A stretch of DNA of 64,000 nucleotides from Octopus vulgaris (GCA_951406725.2 OX597827.1:84196001-84260000), one strand, 5' to 3'. Shown: positions 1 to 14,324, numbered from the stretch's first letter. Made by a program: numbers and translations. Notes: generated by a model from the letters alone, not told the origin.

Positions 1-910
1 CAGCTCTTATACCACATCGATGATATCCTTAAAACCTTGGGATCAAGTTCGAGCTCTGATGTCATATATCTTGACTTCAGTAAAGCGTTCGACAATGTTG
101 ACCATAATATCCTACTGTCAAAATTGTCAAATGTTGGAATCCGTGGAGAACTTCAACACCGGATTGAGTATTTCCTGGAGAACAGAACACAAAATCTTGT
201 GATCGGTGGAATCCACTGAAGCCCGGCAAAAGTCACCAGTGGTTCCCCTCGGCGGACTGTCTTGGGTCCGCTCCTCATTATAGTCTATATAAACGACTTT
301 TCTAGCGTCATAAAACACAGCAAAGTGAAAATATTCGCTGAAGAAGAAGAAGACCGAACTGAACTCCAGTCTGATCTATATGCTGTGAGTCAATGGGCAG
401 ACAGAAACAAAATGCAACTAAACGAGGGAAAATTTGAGCTGATGCATTTTGGAAGAAAGACTATGCTAAAACAGCCATACTCTCTTCCTTCAGGGGAACC
501 ACTCACAGCTTGTAAATATCAGAGACCTAGGAGTAATTGTTGATAACAATCTTAGCTGGAGTGCCCACATCAACACTAAGGTCGATATAGCTCGTAGGAT
601 GAGCTCCTGGATCCTAAGATCCTTCCGGTCCAGAGAACAAGGTGTCATCATTCCTCTTTTCTCCTACTTTGCACGGCCATACCTCGAATACTGCTGCCCC
701 CTGTGGTCTCCCCATACAAAACAAAACATCTCGAAAATTGAATCATCCCAGAGGTCGTTCGCAAAAAGAATTAAGGGCATGACTGATTTCGAATCAGATC
801 AAAGAGGAAAAGGATCCCATCACCTTTAAACGGAATCTGGACAAATTTCTTCAAAGAATACCAGGTAAGCCACCCATACCTGGATACAACTCACTCAACA
901 AGAACTCCGT
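1..910 (+). mobile_element. Decayed CR1-group LINE, RT and C-terminal region (frameshifted, runs off the window start)
   Basis: Translated fragments DVIYLDFSKAFDNVDH, LGPLLIIVYIND, QLNEGKFELMHFG, RPYLEYCCPLWSP; same family as the copy at 45.0-46.3 kb. Confidence 0.9.
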
Positions 911-1507
911 TTGCATAAATTTAGATATACGTACGCGCTTGCACTGACTCCTGTGTACGTGTTTACAAATATGAACGTGTGTGTGTGTGTGTGTGCAGTA
1001 AACAATTATAAATTAGCAGAAAACCTATGCACGTGGTTTTCATCCGCACACATTTATAAAGGTGCACCTATATGTATTGAATGTATATGTATATCTGTTT
1101 ATGTATGAGCTAGTGTGTGTGAACATACGCACGCACACACACATACACACACACGCTCACACACACACATACACGCACACACACATTTAAATATTAGAGC
1201 GTTATTACATAAGAAGTAATCCACGATTAAAATAAAAAAAGTGCCGAAGCCTCTTTAATTACAATAAATACTTTTAAGTTGGAAATTGTTTGATTTTAGG
1301 CAGAAATTCTCAAAGCCTTCATATGGAGACGACTTTGGTGAAAACAGGGAACGATGATGGGGTGCGGAGCTGAAAGGAGATGGGAGCAGTCACCAGAAAC
1401 GGGAAGTGAAATAGGTAAGAAAAAAAAAACGAAAAGGAACAAACTGAATGATGTAAATTTTTGAGGGAAAAGAATTAAAACAAGTATTTTCCTATTGGAG
1501 AGGATAG

Positions 1508-1710
1508 GGTGGTGAGCTGGCGGAATGGTTCGCAGGCCGGGGGAAATGCTTTGCGGTATTTCGGCCAACTTTACGTTCTGAGTACAAATTCCTCCGAGGT
1601 CGAGTTTACCTTTTGTCCTTCCGGTATCGATAAAATAAATACCAGTTGAGTACTGGGGTCGGTGTAATCGGCTAGACCCCTCCTCCCTGAAGCCAATATT
1701 TCGGGAGGAT
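1508..1710 (+). mobile_element. tRNA-derived SINE, family B (GGTGAGCTGGC head, GTCGATAAAATAAGTACCAG-type core)
   Basis: Homologous to copies at 25036, 26236, 48853 and 53771. Confidence 0.8.
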
Positions 1711-2683
1711 GAGTTTAAAAAATATTTAAATGTAGATTTCCATGGAGATTATTGGTTGGTGAAGTGAAAGGAAAATTACTGAAGTTGGATGGGGTGAGAG
1801 GAGTGATTGGCTGAAAAGAATTGGATGAGTAAAGTAATTAATTACTTTTATGCTAATTGGGACAGGAAAAATGAAGCAAGGTAAGTGAGGAATGTATGAG
1901 ATATTGAAAGTCGATCTCGTTGTAAGGGGTTCAAAGATAATTCTAGATAATGTATGGTGTAGAAGTATAAAAAAAAAGGCAGTGAGAAAGGGAGTTCTTA
2001 TTAGAATGGCCGCCGGCTGATTAGGGAGTTCCGTCGTATTAGAGGAGGAATACAAGATGTAAGTGCAACATATTGAAATTTAGGTACATACAAGTGGAAA
2101 TGTGTTGTTATATTAAAGTTTGAATTCCCCCCCCCACCGCACACAAAGGTTTGTACTTTATGTTTCTGTGAATTAAACAAAGAATGTACTAGAAATACAC
2201 CCCATACAGAAAACATGGAATACACACTCTCACACATATACACATACGCACACACACACACGAGGCATGCACACACAGAAATATTCAATGACACACACAC
2301 ACATACATACACACACACCGACCTTGCTTATTAACGTCAGCGCCACAATCACAGTCAAACATGCAGCTACATACACGTAAGAAATACGCACAAACACATA
2401 CAATCACACAAAGGCACACACACACAAATATATAAACTTATACAAACATACATACACACCAATTTACTTATATACATACACACGTATGTATACACACACA
2501 CACATGCACACATACGCCCAGTGTTGTGAAACATTATGGTCAGTGTGAAGGCGAAGGGTGGTGCAAGGTGTGAATGTGTTTATCATTGGTGTTGTGTGAA
2601 CATCAATCGAGACAACTGTTTGACAGTGTGAAAGCAGTCTGTTAGTTAATATTGAGTTTATAAATCACCCGTTCAGACAGCTC

Positions 2684-2702
2684 TGGCCACCAGAGGGCGC
2701 CA
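2684..2702 (+). promoter_or_regulatory. CTCF-type motif
   Basis: TGGCCACCAGAGGGCGCCA, 17/19 match to the consensus TGGCCACCAGGGGGCGCTA, in non-repeat sequence. Confidence 0.65.
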
Positions 2703-2710
2703 AACCGGTA

Positions 2711-2721
2711 CAAAATGGCCG
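2711..2721 (+). promoter_or_regulatory. YY1/Pho-type motif next to the CTCF motif
   Basis: CAAAATGGCCG. Confidence 0.45.
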
Positions 2722-2862
2722 ACAGCCGTTCGTTTCATTTCAAGCAGCGAAATCTTGTGAATATCTCAGCTGTTTGCAACAAACAACCGCGGCTCGGCAA
2801 GTCTTTTGGTTTAGCTGAGTTCTGTGATTGGTGTGTCTGTGTCTCTGTGCATAGCGGGACGG

Positions 2863-2913
<51 letters not shown>

Positions 2914-3434
2914 AGAGGCAGGGAGACAGAGAAAGAAAGTGCGACACTCGTAAAATACATAAGCACACACACACACACGCGCGCGCGCGACTAAAAATAA
3001 ATTAACCTCAAAAAGTTCAGTGAAATTAGGTGAGTTAAGGGATGATGGGAGCAAAAACGGTGCCTGGTGGTAGTTGCTAGAAGATCCCAAATAAAAGGGG
3101 GAGGTAATTGCTAGAAATTTGGAATTAGTTTCTGAAAATCAATTTCTAGAGATTAGTTCCAAAAATTATGTTTAAAGACCAATCGGATCACTGTTTCAGG
3201 AAAAGTAGGAACATGTTTCAGTCTGTTTGACCTCATCAGTTTGGTAGAGTTTCAAATGAAGAGTTGCGAATAATTTCTGGTCAGTATAAATTGGATTCTT
3301 AAAAATGTATAATATGCTAAGGGAGATAACTGAAATAGGCCAATGCCATAAATTTGGATAATGAAGTTACAAGGTAATGGATCCAAATGTGGTGTATGCA
3401 AGAGTAAAGTCATAGTGGGGAAAGAAATGAAATA

Positions 3435-3880
3435 CCACCACCACCACCACCACCACCACCACCACCACCACCACCACCACGACTACAACAATGACCAGCA
3501 CAATCGCCACCACAACCGCTACCACCACTACCACCATAACCATCACCAAGACCACTACCACCACCACCACTACAACCTCAACCACCACTACCATAACTAC
3601 CATAACTACTACCACTACCACCACCGCCACCATAACCACCACCACCACAACGATGACGATCACCACCACTACCACCATGACCACCACTATTACGATTACA
3701 ACCACCACCACCTCCACCATCACTTCCACCACCGCCACCACCACCTCCACTACTACCACCACCACCACCACCACCACCACCGTCACCAATACCAACACCA
3801 CCATACCTTTATCCTCCATCACACCACGCTTCATTACAACCACCGCCCCACCACGACCATCACAACCACAACCGCCCCTA
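3435..3880. repeat. Degenerate (CAC/TAC)n trinucleotide repeat
   Basis: Direct reading; accounts for the poly-His/Thr/Val ORFs. Confidence 0.95.
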
Positions 3881-4160
3881 TCACCACTCCCATCATTCCC
3901 ACCAATCAGTCAACCTCATGCAATGTCACCATTGGTTATCGATCGGTCACAAGATATATCACATGGTTGAGAAGTCTGACGTTACCATGACAACCAGATG
4001 TCGTCAGTGCAACGTTGTTACTGTGTCATCTTATGGATGGAAATGTTGTTGTTGATGATGATAATGATGATAGTGGTGGTGGGTAATAGTAGTAGTGGTG
4101 GTGGTGGTATTTAGGCGAGATAATCCAATGCTTATTCGCCATTCTTGATTGCTGTAACCC

Positions 4161-4179
4161 CTGCCGGGAGATGGCGCTA
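4161..4179 (+). promoter_or_regulatory. Weaker CTCF-like motif
   Basis: CTGCCGGGAGATGGCGCTA. Confidence 0.35.
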
Positions 4180-4325
4180 CCGACCTTTAGCCTCTAACGC
4201 ATTTCTTGCTTGGTTCTCCGTTTCCCTGTTCCTAACTTTTTTTTTTCCTCCAAAAATTCTTTGTAAAAGTTTTAAAAAACTTTTCTGGTGAATGATTTAA
4301 TATAGATTCCAGAGCTGATTGGACG

Positions 4326-4376
<51 letters not shown>

Positions 4377-4467
4377 GCGTACGTACACATATACGCACAT
4401 ACATACATATACGTACACATAGACACACATACATACTCGTTTTTCACATATACATACATATACATAT

Positions 4468-6745
4468 TAAGCTGATGACTTTTCTCAAGTCGAGTAAGGC
4501 CAAGGTACCAGAAGGTGAACTTTAAGGTTTAATGGCAAAAAAACCCATAATTATTTCTTTCTTTGACACCCCACCCATGACAATATATTTGACAACACTT
4601 TTACTACAGACATTCATATATTGTTCCAGTAATAAGACGCACTCTTATGCATTGTTAATGTAATAAAGGCAACCTAACACAACAGAAGTTTTCAAAGATC
4701 CTTGTTGGTTAAAACAAATCGCAGACTTAATTTTCCAGAAGACCTGCAATCTAATTCCTCCATTATTTTTGCTGCACTTTCAGCTCGTGTTTGAACGCTG
4801 AATATCTTGAATTACTGATTCTTCACAATTCCAATTAACTTTCAAACATTTGCTTGCTTTAGTATATCCAGAAACCGCTTCAAGAGTCTCTGGTAGGCCA
4901 TGCTGTCAAACCTTTGGTCACAAAACCATATTTCCATCCAGTTTCCGCTGATAAAATAACACACGTTGTAGGGTTTCTTCATACTTTGTGGTGGAAGCAT
5001 GCATGTGAGGATAACCAGGATTTCTCGTGAATTCCAACGTGCATTGATAAGTCTAGGAAGTTTTCTAAACTTAATTTCTGGGAAATTGCTTTGTTGCTGA
5101 TAAAGTCGGAAAGCATGACCAAGTTCAAATAAAAACTTAAGGTAACCTCTCCAACCTGGATTATCATCCATTTGAGGTTTTGCTTCGCCTTATTTCCGTT
5201 CTGCCACCAAATCCTCATAATTTTTTTATTAACTAGTCTATGAACGGATATGATATATTTAGTGATGCAGTTTTTCCTTTCAGTGTATCATCCATCGCAT
5301 GTTTTAGGAGGCGATTTAATACATTGGCAACCAATGTACTGAGGTGCAGGATATCCATGCTTTACAAATTCGTTCTGCAGTCGAATGACCACCACTCCAG
5401 TACGCTTTCCTGTACTTACACTACATTTATCTGTGATGATCATTTTGATTGCTGGCCACAATTCGTAATCATCCAAAACTTCCTTTAGACCTTGAAAGAT
5501 TGTATCTGCTCTGTCATTTTTCAGAGTTAGTGCTGCTAATCTAATTTCTCTTGTGTTGTTTTTCACTACAACTTGTCTTTCTTTATCCTTCATAACCTTT
5601 CCATCAAAATGGAGCACTCATTGGTAATTTTTTAAAGTTTGTTCGTCTATTGGTAATGTGATTTCATCTCCAGAATCAAAAGTAGGGGTTTCTGATAATG
5701 ATGATGTTGATGATGACGATGTATCTGCAAGAAGTTGGGCACATATTAGTGACATTATTGCATACAAAACATTTATGTAATATTTGAGAATATTTGAGGC
5801 ACGTTCCTTTACCTGCTTCAGCGTATGAGAGGAACGCTTGTGAAGTTCAAGCTGACACTCTTGACGAGGAAGGTGTTCGTTTTGAAGGATGAACCATAGC
5901 TGACCGAGATGTGGTGTAACCAGTTATTCCGCCACTTTGAATTTGTGTACTGTAAAAGTCTTTGTCTTTTTTAGATAACCAGCTGCCATGTTGATTAGTA
6001 ATATCAAACAAATCTACAACATTTTGACCTGGTTTCAAATGGCTATCTACATTGTCAACTGAGTCTTTACTTTTCTTACAATAGACTTTAATGTTATACA
6101 CGGAAAATCACATTTTCCCCATAGATTCCCAAGTTCCTGAGCAATGAGCTGATTTCTTGCATGTCTGGATCTTTTAAACTTTTGCTAATGCATTCTACCT
6201 TCCAAAGATGCTAGATTTTTGGGCGATTCTAGTTAGTTCAGCCAACTCATGTTCCACATTCGGTATTATTCTTCGCTTTTTAACAGACTTTCCAAAGTTA
6301 GTCATATTTTTTGGCCACTTTTTCTTGTTTGCTGCAACTGCTCAACTTGACTGCTTAAATAACATGATTCACTAATTAAATCGACATATTTTAATATCTG
6401 TAATAGAAAGAATAATGCATTCATGGATTATCTCAACAACAAATAATACTACTCAAGATGTGAAACAACTGTTACTATTGTCTATATATCGTTATTGGTA
6501 TTTGGCCAGGAAGTAACTTCAGTCATAATAAAATCGCGTGAAGCACTAATGCCGAACGTAATGGGAGTTTGACTAAGGAAATGCAAGGGTGACGCATTTG
6601 AAGATAGCAATATTAGTTGGTGGGGTAGGTTTTTGAAAGTTAAAAAACTAAATGAACTGCTGGTCACTGCTTTCTCATCATTTTTCATACCAAGTCAACC
6701 TGGCCATGTTCAGTTTCAGAAAAAATTTAAAATGTCAATGCCCTA
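4468..6745 (-). mobile_element. Decayed hAT (hATm-like) DNA transposon
   Basis: Minus-strand fragments LHFDGK..ERQVVV, ITDKCSVSTG, GCQ, INARWNSR; imperfect termini TAAGCTGATGACTTTT / TAGGGCATTGACATTTT; 8-bp flanks ATACATAT / ATGCATAT. Confidence 0.7.
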
Positions 6746-6750
6746 ATGCA

Positions 6751-6930
<180 letters not shown>

Positions 6931-7072
6931 TACACACACTCACACGCGCGCGTGCACACACACACACGTATACACTCACTTTTGTTTTTCTTACCTTTCG
7001 GTCATTTTTAAAAATCCCAATTTAATAAAAAAAATGTTCTAAACCACATAAACACACCAATTCTCCCACTCC

Positions 7073-7220
7073 CCCTCACTCGCCCCTCTATCTCTCTCCT
7101 GTCTTTCCTGCCTCTCACTCCCTCACTCGCCCCTCTATCTCTCTCCTGTCTTTCCTGCCTCTCACTCCCTCACTCGCCCCTCTATCTCTCTCCTGTCTTT
7201 CCTGCCTCTCACTCCCTCAC
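7073..7220. repeat. 47-bp pyrimidine-rich minisatellite, 3 identical copies
   Basis: Unit CGCCCCTCTATCTCTCTCCTGTCTTTCCTGCCTCTCACTCCCTCACT at 7081, 7128, 7175. Confidence 0.9.
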
Positions 7221-7499
7221 ACACAGACCTCCGCCCATAACCAATAATCTGATTGGCCATTTAAGCAACAACATCGATCCACTGGACTAATCAATGGTTG
7301 TCTGTCACCACACTGAAAATAGGAACAACAGAAGATGTTTTAGTACAGTTCGAGTGTTTTTCACAGAAATACACTTTAGAATTGAGTAACTTTATGAAAT
7401 CGGTCACAGAATTATGTCAGGGGAGCAGAGTGTAAGAAATAACAACTTAAATGTGGGACTTGGGGATTATCGGTTAGGATGGGGTCGATTATAGATGTG

Positions 7500-8450
7500 T
7501 CCTTATCAGTACTTGAGAAGCTGTACTTAGGTGTCACTCTACAACGATTTCTTTTTATACCTGTGATGGCAAGACATCTCCTTCATCCTGGGACTTACTA
7601 TATACGTATCTATATCTGTATATGTAAATGTGTGTGTGTGTGTGTAGTTTCGTTTATGTGCTCACTGTAACATCATCTTTGGAGTGTATAGAATGTTATG
7701 GACGTCCTTTTATGTGAAATTAACAAGGAGTATCTAATCTTAACCGCAGTTTCGTTTGGTTGGTCGACCATACATGTGAACAGGTTTGAAATAATGACTC
7801 TTGCTGGTGTAAACAGTGTAAATTGCGAGTTGTCATCTGTCACAAATGAAGGAGATTTCTTTAAAATTGTCAAGGCAGAATTTTGATACATTGTCGGCAA
7901 GTCGATATGAGTTCATTTTTTTGTTATAATATCTAAAATTGGTGTAGGATGGTGGATGATGTAAGACTTCTCTGCAAGACAGAAGTCACAGGATTTTCAT
8001 CAGTTTTTAAATACCTGTGTCATATCTAACGCTGCTTATCAAATGCTGATAATCTGTTCTTGGCGATAACCGAACACGATGTTATGGAAAACTTGATTTG
8101 CTCGTTACAGTATTGATGATGAAAATTCAATGTTTTTCTCTAAGTATTTACTCTTTTTTTTGGGGGGGGGGTATCTTCATAATTCAACAGCTGTATGTCG
8201 GCTGCCTTCGTTCTTCGCTTGTTTTCAAAATTTTCCCATTTTGCTTTCTGATGTTATTAGGTATGAGTTTTCGTGCAACTGCAACTCAATTTAATGTTGC
8301 TTTTTTGAATAACGTCTGGAATTTATGGCCGTTTGGGAAATGTTTTTCGATTAGAGAGAGGAAATGTTTTGCCATATTTACAGACTTCAACATTTGCTCT
8401 CCCTAATCGGGAGAAAGTTTCATTAATAACTAGGTATTAATTATAATAAG
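7500..8450 (-). mobile_element. Penelope-like element remnant (RT-linker and GIY-YIG C-terminus, 3' region)
   Basis: Manual minus-strand translation gives HFLSLIEKHFPNGHKFQTLFKKSNIKLSCSC, CDFCLAEK and KNELISTCRQ, motifs typical of PLE proteins. Confidence 0.75.
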
Positions 8451-8589
8451 TTACAAATGAGAGATTTTTATTGAACACATATAATCACCTCACCGCATCT
8501 TCATTGTCAGCTTCATCATCATCACCATTATTATTTCGTGCTCCGTTACCATGCTGAAAGAACAGCTAAATTCTCCTAAATCAAAGCCT

Positions 8590-8592
<3 letters not shown>

Positions 8593-8675
<83 letters not shown>

Positions 8676-8678
8676 ACA

Positions 8679-8722
<44 letters not shown>
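8593..8722. repeat. (CTA)n(CTG)n(CTA)n compound microsatellite
   Basis: Direct reading. Confidence 0.95.
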
Positions 8723-8724
<2 letters not shown>

Positions 8725-9212
8725 GAAGCTGTCAAGTACTTTAAAACAAATGTGTCTGCAAGTTTCAAATATTTGAGTTACTTCTCATCTTTATACACCC
8801 TCGCTAGCTGTAAATTATATACGCACGGGAATATATTACACACATACATATATGCTTGCACATACGTATGTCTATGTGTATGTATAGATATATATATATA
8901 TAAGTGTGTGTGTGTGTGTACATATGCATGTGAGTGTGTGTGTGCAAATGTGTATTTAAAGAAATAATTAAGTCGAAGATAAGTTGATATAAGATATATT
9001 TATTTATTTATTTATTCGCACTTAACTCGTTGGACCAGCTTCAGTGTTTATAGGGAAGCTGTTACAGCTACATTACTACATATACACATAAATACATGTA
9101 TAGGGGTACACACACACACGCACACATACGCACACACACTCATATATATGCAATTATGTATATATATATACGCAAACATTTATATATGTATATAACTATG
9201 TATATATCAACA

Positions 9213-9252
<40 letters not shown>

Positions 9253-9383
9253 TCTGTAGATATGTGTATACATATATAAGCACTCGATCACAAACATACC
9301 TATGGTACCAATTTTGTGTCTATATCATAGACGCACATATATCTACCGATATATATATATATATATATATACATGTATATTTA

Positions 9384-9474
<91 letters not shown>

Positions 9475-9592
9475 TCGTCCGTCTGTTCGTCCGTCTGTCT
9501 GTCTATCTGTATATAATATATATATGTAGACACACGCACACACATATATATCTATGTATGAATATATATATCTATGTATGAATATATATATC

Positions 9593-9647
<55 letters not shown>

Positions 9648-10481
9648 CACACACACACACACATACGTATGTGTGTGTGTGTGTATTGCGTGGCCCATAT
9701 ATCTCGACGGAGAAGCTGACTGTATTTTGGTCTGACGGTTTCTGATAAATTTCGGGAGTGAAATGATAGGGAGAGGACGTCTGAGAAAGTAGGGAGTGTG
9801 CAGTGGATTGTGATTATGATGGTGATGGTGATAAAGTGAGAGAGTAAGTTTCAAATAAAATATGTTGGAAAACGTTTGCTTTTAGGGACCAGACCCCCTC
9901 CAGGCATTTGTTGGTTATCTGTACACGTAGGTATCCTGTACCCTGCATCGAGTACCATCTACCCCTCTTCATCTTTCTCTTTCTGAAACTAAAATAAATT
10001 ACAAACAAAATGTTTACATCATTTCGATGTAAACATGTAAAATAGAGGAAGAAATCCTGACCAATATATTTCTAACTTATTCTCTTACAGCATCAACAGT
10101 ACGATCATCAGCCTCCTCCTCCTCCTCCTCCTCCTCCTCCTTCCTCTTCGCCTCCTCCCTTCCTTCTCCTTCTCATCGTGTGTATGTGTATATATTCATC
10201 ATTATCATCCCCCTTGTCACCATCCTCGCATGTCCCCTTTAAATATGTGCAGCGTCTCTCAAAGTATCAGACCATCATCTCGGTATAACCCCTTTGTCGA
10301 TTGTATGAAAACGTCTGTATGATGGCTGCGCAGTATTGAAGGTATTACAATGTCGATGGTATTGTAATATTACTGGTATTGCAACCATGTTTCTCAGACA
10401 GCAGAGTTTCTCTGAAGATATGTTTGAAAACTTAAGAACTGTTAATTTGTTTTAATTCATGTGAACATAAATTTATGTGAA

Positions 10482-10650
10482 CACAGGAGTGGCTGTGTGG
10501 TAAGTAGCTTGCTAACCAACCACATGGTTCCGGGTTCAGTCCCACTGCGTGGCATCTTGGGCAAGTGTCTTCTGCTATAGCCCCGGGCCGACCAATGCCT
10601 TGTGAGTGGATTTGGTAGACGGAAACTGAAAGAAGCCTGTCGTATATATG

Positions 10651-10681
<31 letters not shown>

Positions 10682-10893
10682 TTGTGTATCTGTGTTTGTT
10701 CCCCTAGCATTGCTTGACAACCGATGCTGGTGTGTTTACGTCCCCGTCACTTAGCGGTTCGGCAAAAAGAGACCGATAGAATAAGTACTGGGCTTACAAA
10801 GAATAAGTCCCGGGGTCGAGTTGCTCGACTAAAGGCGGTGCTCCAGCATGGCCGCAGTCAAATGACAAGTAAAAGAGTAAAGAGTAAAGAGTA
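10482..10893 (+). mobile_element. tRNA-derived SINE, family A, full length
   Basis: Head TGGCTGTGTGG...GGTTCAGTCCC (A/B-box like), internal (TA)n(TG)n, tail GGCGGTGCTCCAGCATGGCCGCAGTC; at least 8 copies in the window. Confidence 0.9.
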
Positions 10894-11692
10894 TAGTTCG
10901 ATATTTGCAGATCAGTAATTCTTTCACTTCAGCTCCGTCATGCGTTCTGATTTGTCACGGCCGAGTCCCCTCTGGGGTTCGATCTCAACACAGGACAGCA
11001 ACTGTGTGTCGTGGACACAATAAACACTTATCTCTCTGCTCATCAATTATATACACTCCTACTCCTGCCCCCACTTCACCTCTACTCTCTCGATCAGCGC
11101 GCCATCTTGTGTCATCAATAGTCACGTGGTGTCTTTGCAATTCGAAAGGAATCTGTCAGGTTTAATTCAATGAGCGTTCCTGAAATACTGGTAACTACAG
11201 AGTGGTGGAGGAGGGGAAGAAGATGGAGAGTAGAGGGGTGAGGTAATTGTAGAGGAGTGAAGATGTGTGTGGGGGTGGAAGATTGATGAAAGTGAACACA
11301 TTCACAGCATTTGTGCGTGTGCGTGAGAGAGAGAGAGAGAGAGAGAGAGAAGGGGGAAGAGAGGGAGATAAAGAGCAAACAGAATCGAAAGAGACGGTGT
11401 GGGTGGGGGTGAGGTAGGTTGATGGATTGACAAACAGACACACAGATTAATGGATAGACTGATAGAAAAATAGACAAACAGCTGAATAGACAAGCGTAGA
11501 TAGACGGATAGATAGGTAGGTTGTAGATAGATAGGTAGATAGATAGATAGATAGTTAGGTAGGTAGATATGTAGAGTAGCTGGATAGATTAATAGATGGA
11601 TTGATAGATAGGTAGATAAATTAAATGATTCAATGATAGATGGAAATCGGCTTGTAGAAGTATAAAAGAGTAAAAGGTAAATAGAATGACTA

Positions 11693-11766
<74 letters not shown>

Positions 11767-12242
11767 GAGAGAGAGAGAGAGAAAGAGAGAGGTTAAATAG
11801 AGAGTTAGATAGATTGATAGCTCGGTAGACAGAAAGACAGAAGGAAAGTTACATGAAAATTCCAAAGAGAAAAACGAGAGAGAAATAGACTGAGATAGAG
11901 AAACACAATAAATATAACAATTAGTGAGAGAGAGAGGGGGGTGGAGAGTTGGGAAAAGAGGGAGAGAGAGAGGGGGAATTGCATTAAAACAAAAGAATAT
12001 GGAGGGTAGTGAGGTGTGTTGAGAGAGAATAGAGTAAAATGGCAAGAAATATCGAAGGAACGTCTCCAACCGACATATGTTTAACACAAAACGGCCACGT
12101 TTCAATTAACGCAGAATCGCATCTTGTCACGTGATGACAGACGTAATGTAATTCTGTCGGCGGCTGTTGCAAAATGGCGGAAAATATTTCGTCGTATGAA
12201 AATGTGTGTGTGTATAAATGTATGTAGAGACACACGCGCACA

Positions 12243-12309
<67 letters not shown>

Positions 12310-12346
12310 TACTTAAGTATGTGTGTGTATATGTATGTGAATATTG

Positions 12347-12393
<47 letters not shown>

Positions 12394-12412
12394 GCATTAA
12401 TACACACAATCG

Positions 12413-12452
<40 letters not shown>

Positions 12453-12612
12453 CATACATACATATATATATATATGTATATACACAGATATGTTTATATA
12501 TGTATGTGTACATATATATAAATGTAGACACACACATATGCGTGTGTGTGTGTACGTACGAAAGCATTTGTATGTATGTACGTATGCACATGTGTGTGAG
12601 TTTGTGTGTGTG

Positions 12613-12689
<77 letters not shown>

Positions 12690-13048
12690 TAGAGGGAAAA
12701 CCACTATGTGGACACCCATATGCTTGAAATAGATCCGCTAAGGTCTCACCACCAAGAAATGTTCTCAAGAAAAATTTAGCAAAACAACCAAAATATAATC
12801 GATCAAGACAAAAGAAAAAGTAATAAAAATATGGATTATTCGTATTCATGTTTCACTATAAACAAATTACGCAATCTTACTTACGTAACTTACGTAACTG
12901 TCCGTAGATCATCGGTACAACCGTCCTAGGTGAATATAATTTGCAGGACTGCACACTATGACGTCCACACAAAGTCAGAGTTGTAAAACAGTCCTTCCCA
13001 TTACACTCGTGGCTACTATTTCAAATTGCGCTAAATTTTATATTTATA

Positions 13049-13124
<76 letters not shown>

Positions 13125-13258
13125 TGTATGTATGTATGTATGTATGTATGTATGTATGTATGTATATAGTTGAAATTTATAGAAAAACAAAAGGCGAAGA
13201 CAAGTGTACGAACATGAGGCAAGTGTATTAGTTTGGCAATCGGGAAAAATGAAAAAGT

Positions 13259-13294
13259 CTTTTATGTTTCGAGCCTACGCTCTTCAACAGAAAG
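13259..13294 (-). ncRNA. Degenerate minimal type I hammerhead-like motif within a probable PLE fragment
   Basis: CTTT CTGTTGAA GAGC-GTAG-GCTC GAAAC ATA AAAG on the minus strand. Confidence 0.45.
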
Positions 13295-13379
13295 GAATAA
13301 AAGAAAATATGCAGAGGGGGAATGAAAAAACTTGTTGATTTCAGCGGTCCAACATGGCGAATGCTGATGAACATATATA

Positions 13380-13498
13380 CTTTTATTCTTTTACTTGTTT
13401 CAGTCATTTGAGCACCGCCTATAATCGAACAAATCGACCTCAGGACTTATTCTTTGTAAGCCTAGTACTTATTCTATCGGCTTCTTTTGCTGAATCGC

Positions 13499-13499
<1 letters not shown>
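13380..13499 (-). mobile_element. SINE family A, 3' fragment
   Basis: Reverse complement of the family A tail. Confidence 0.8.
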
Positions 13500-13533
<34 letters not shown>

Positions 13534-14086
13534 GTACATAAATATATGTGTGTATGTGCATAATTATTTCCATACTTATAAGTGACCATATATATATCTA
13601 TATATGTATATAATAAATTAATAGATGAATAAAACATATGCATATATACATACATATATGTACGTACCTACCTCTACATGTATATATACATGCACATATG
13701 GGTACAGGACACCAAAAAAACGTCGAACACAATGAGAAACGAAAACATAAACACAAAAACAAGGAAATGGACATATTTTTAAACAACATTTTTTCGTAAA
13801 CTCTATGTATGTATGTATGTATGTATGTATGTATGTATGTATGTATGTATGTATGTATGTATGCTTGTATGTATGCCTGCACACATGTATGTATGTTTGT
13901 ATGTATGTGTGTATGTATGTATATATGTATGTATGTATGCATGTATATATTTATTTGTATGTCTGGTTCTTAATTGGCTGCCAATATCCAAACAAGTCCT
14001 CCATTACTTTCCGACGTGTGTTATCATTTCTGTAGAAAAGAAATATTGAAACACTAGAACAGGTCTTATTCACACACACACACGCA

Positions 14087-14179
<93 letters not shown>

Positions 14180-14275
14180 AAAAGAACGAAGATATGCAGA
14201 CATACATGCAGACCTATAAATGATAAAGAGACGTGTGTACATTTGTATTACATATTCTTTAGTAAAATATAATAG

Positions 14276-14324
<49 letters not shown>

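Noticed and set aside
3361-3990. His-rich, Thr-rich and Val-rich ORFs
   Set aside because: They are all readings of one degenerate (CAC)n microsatellite; no splice or codon evidence
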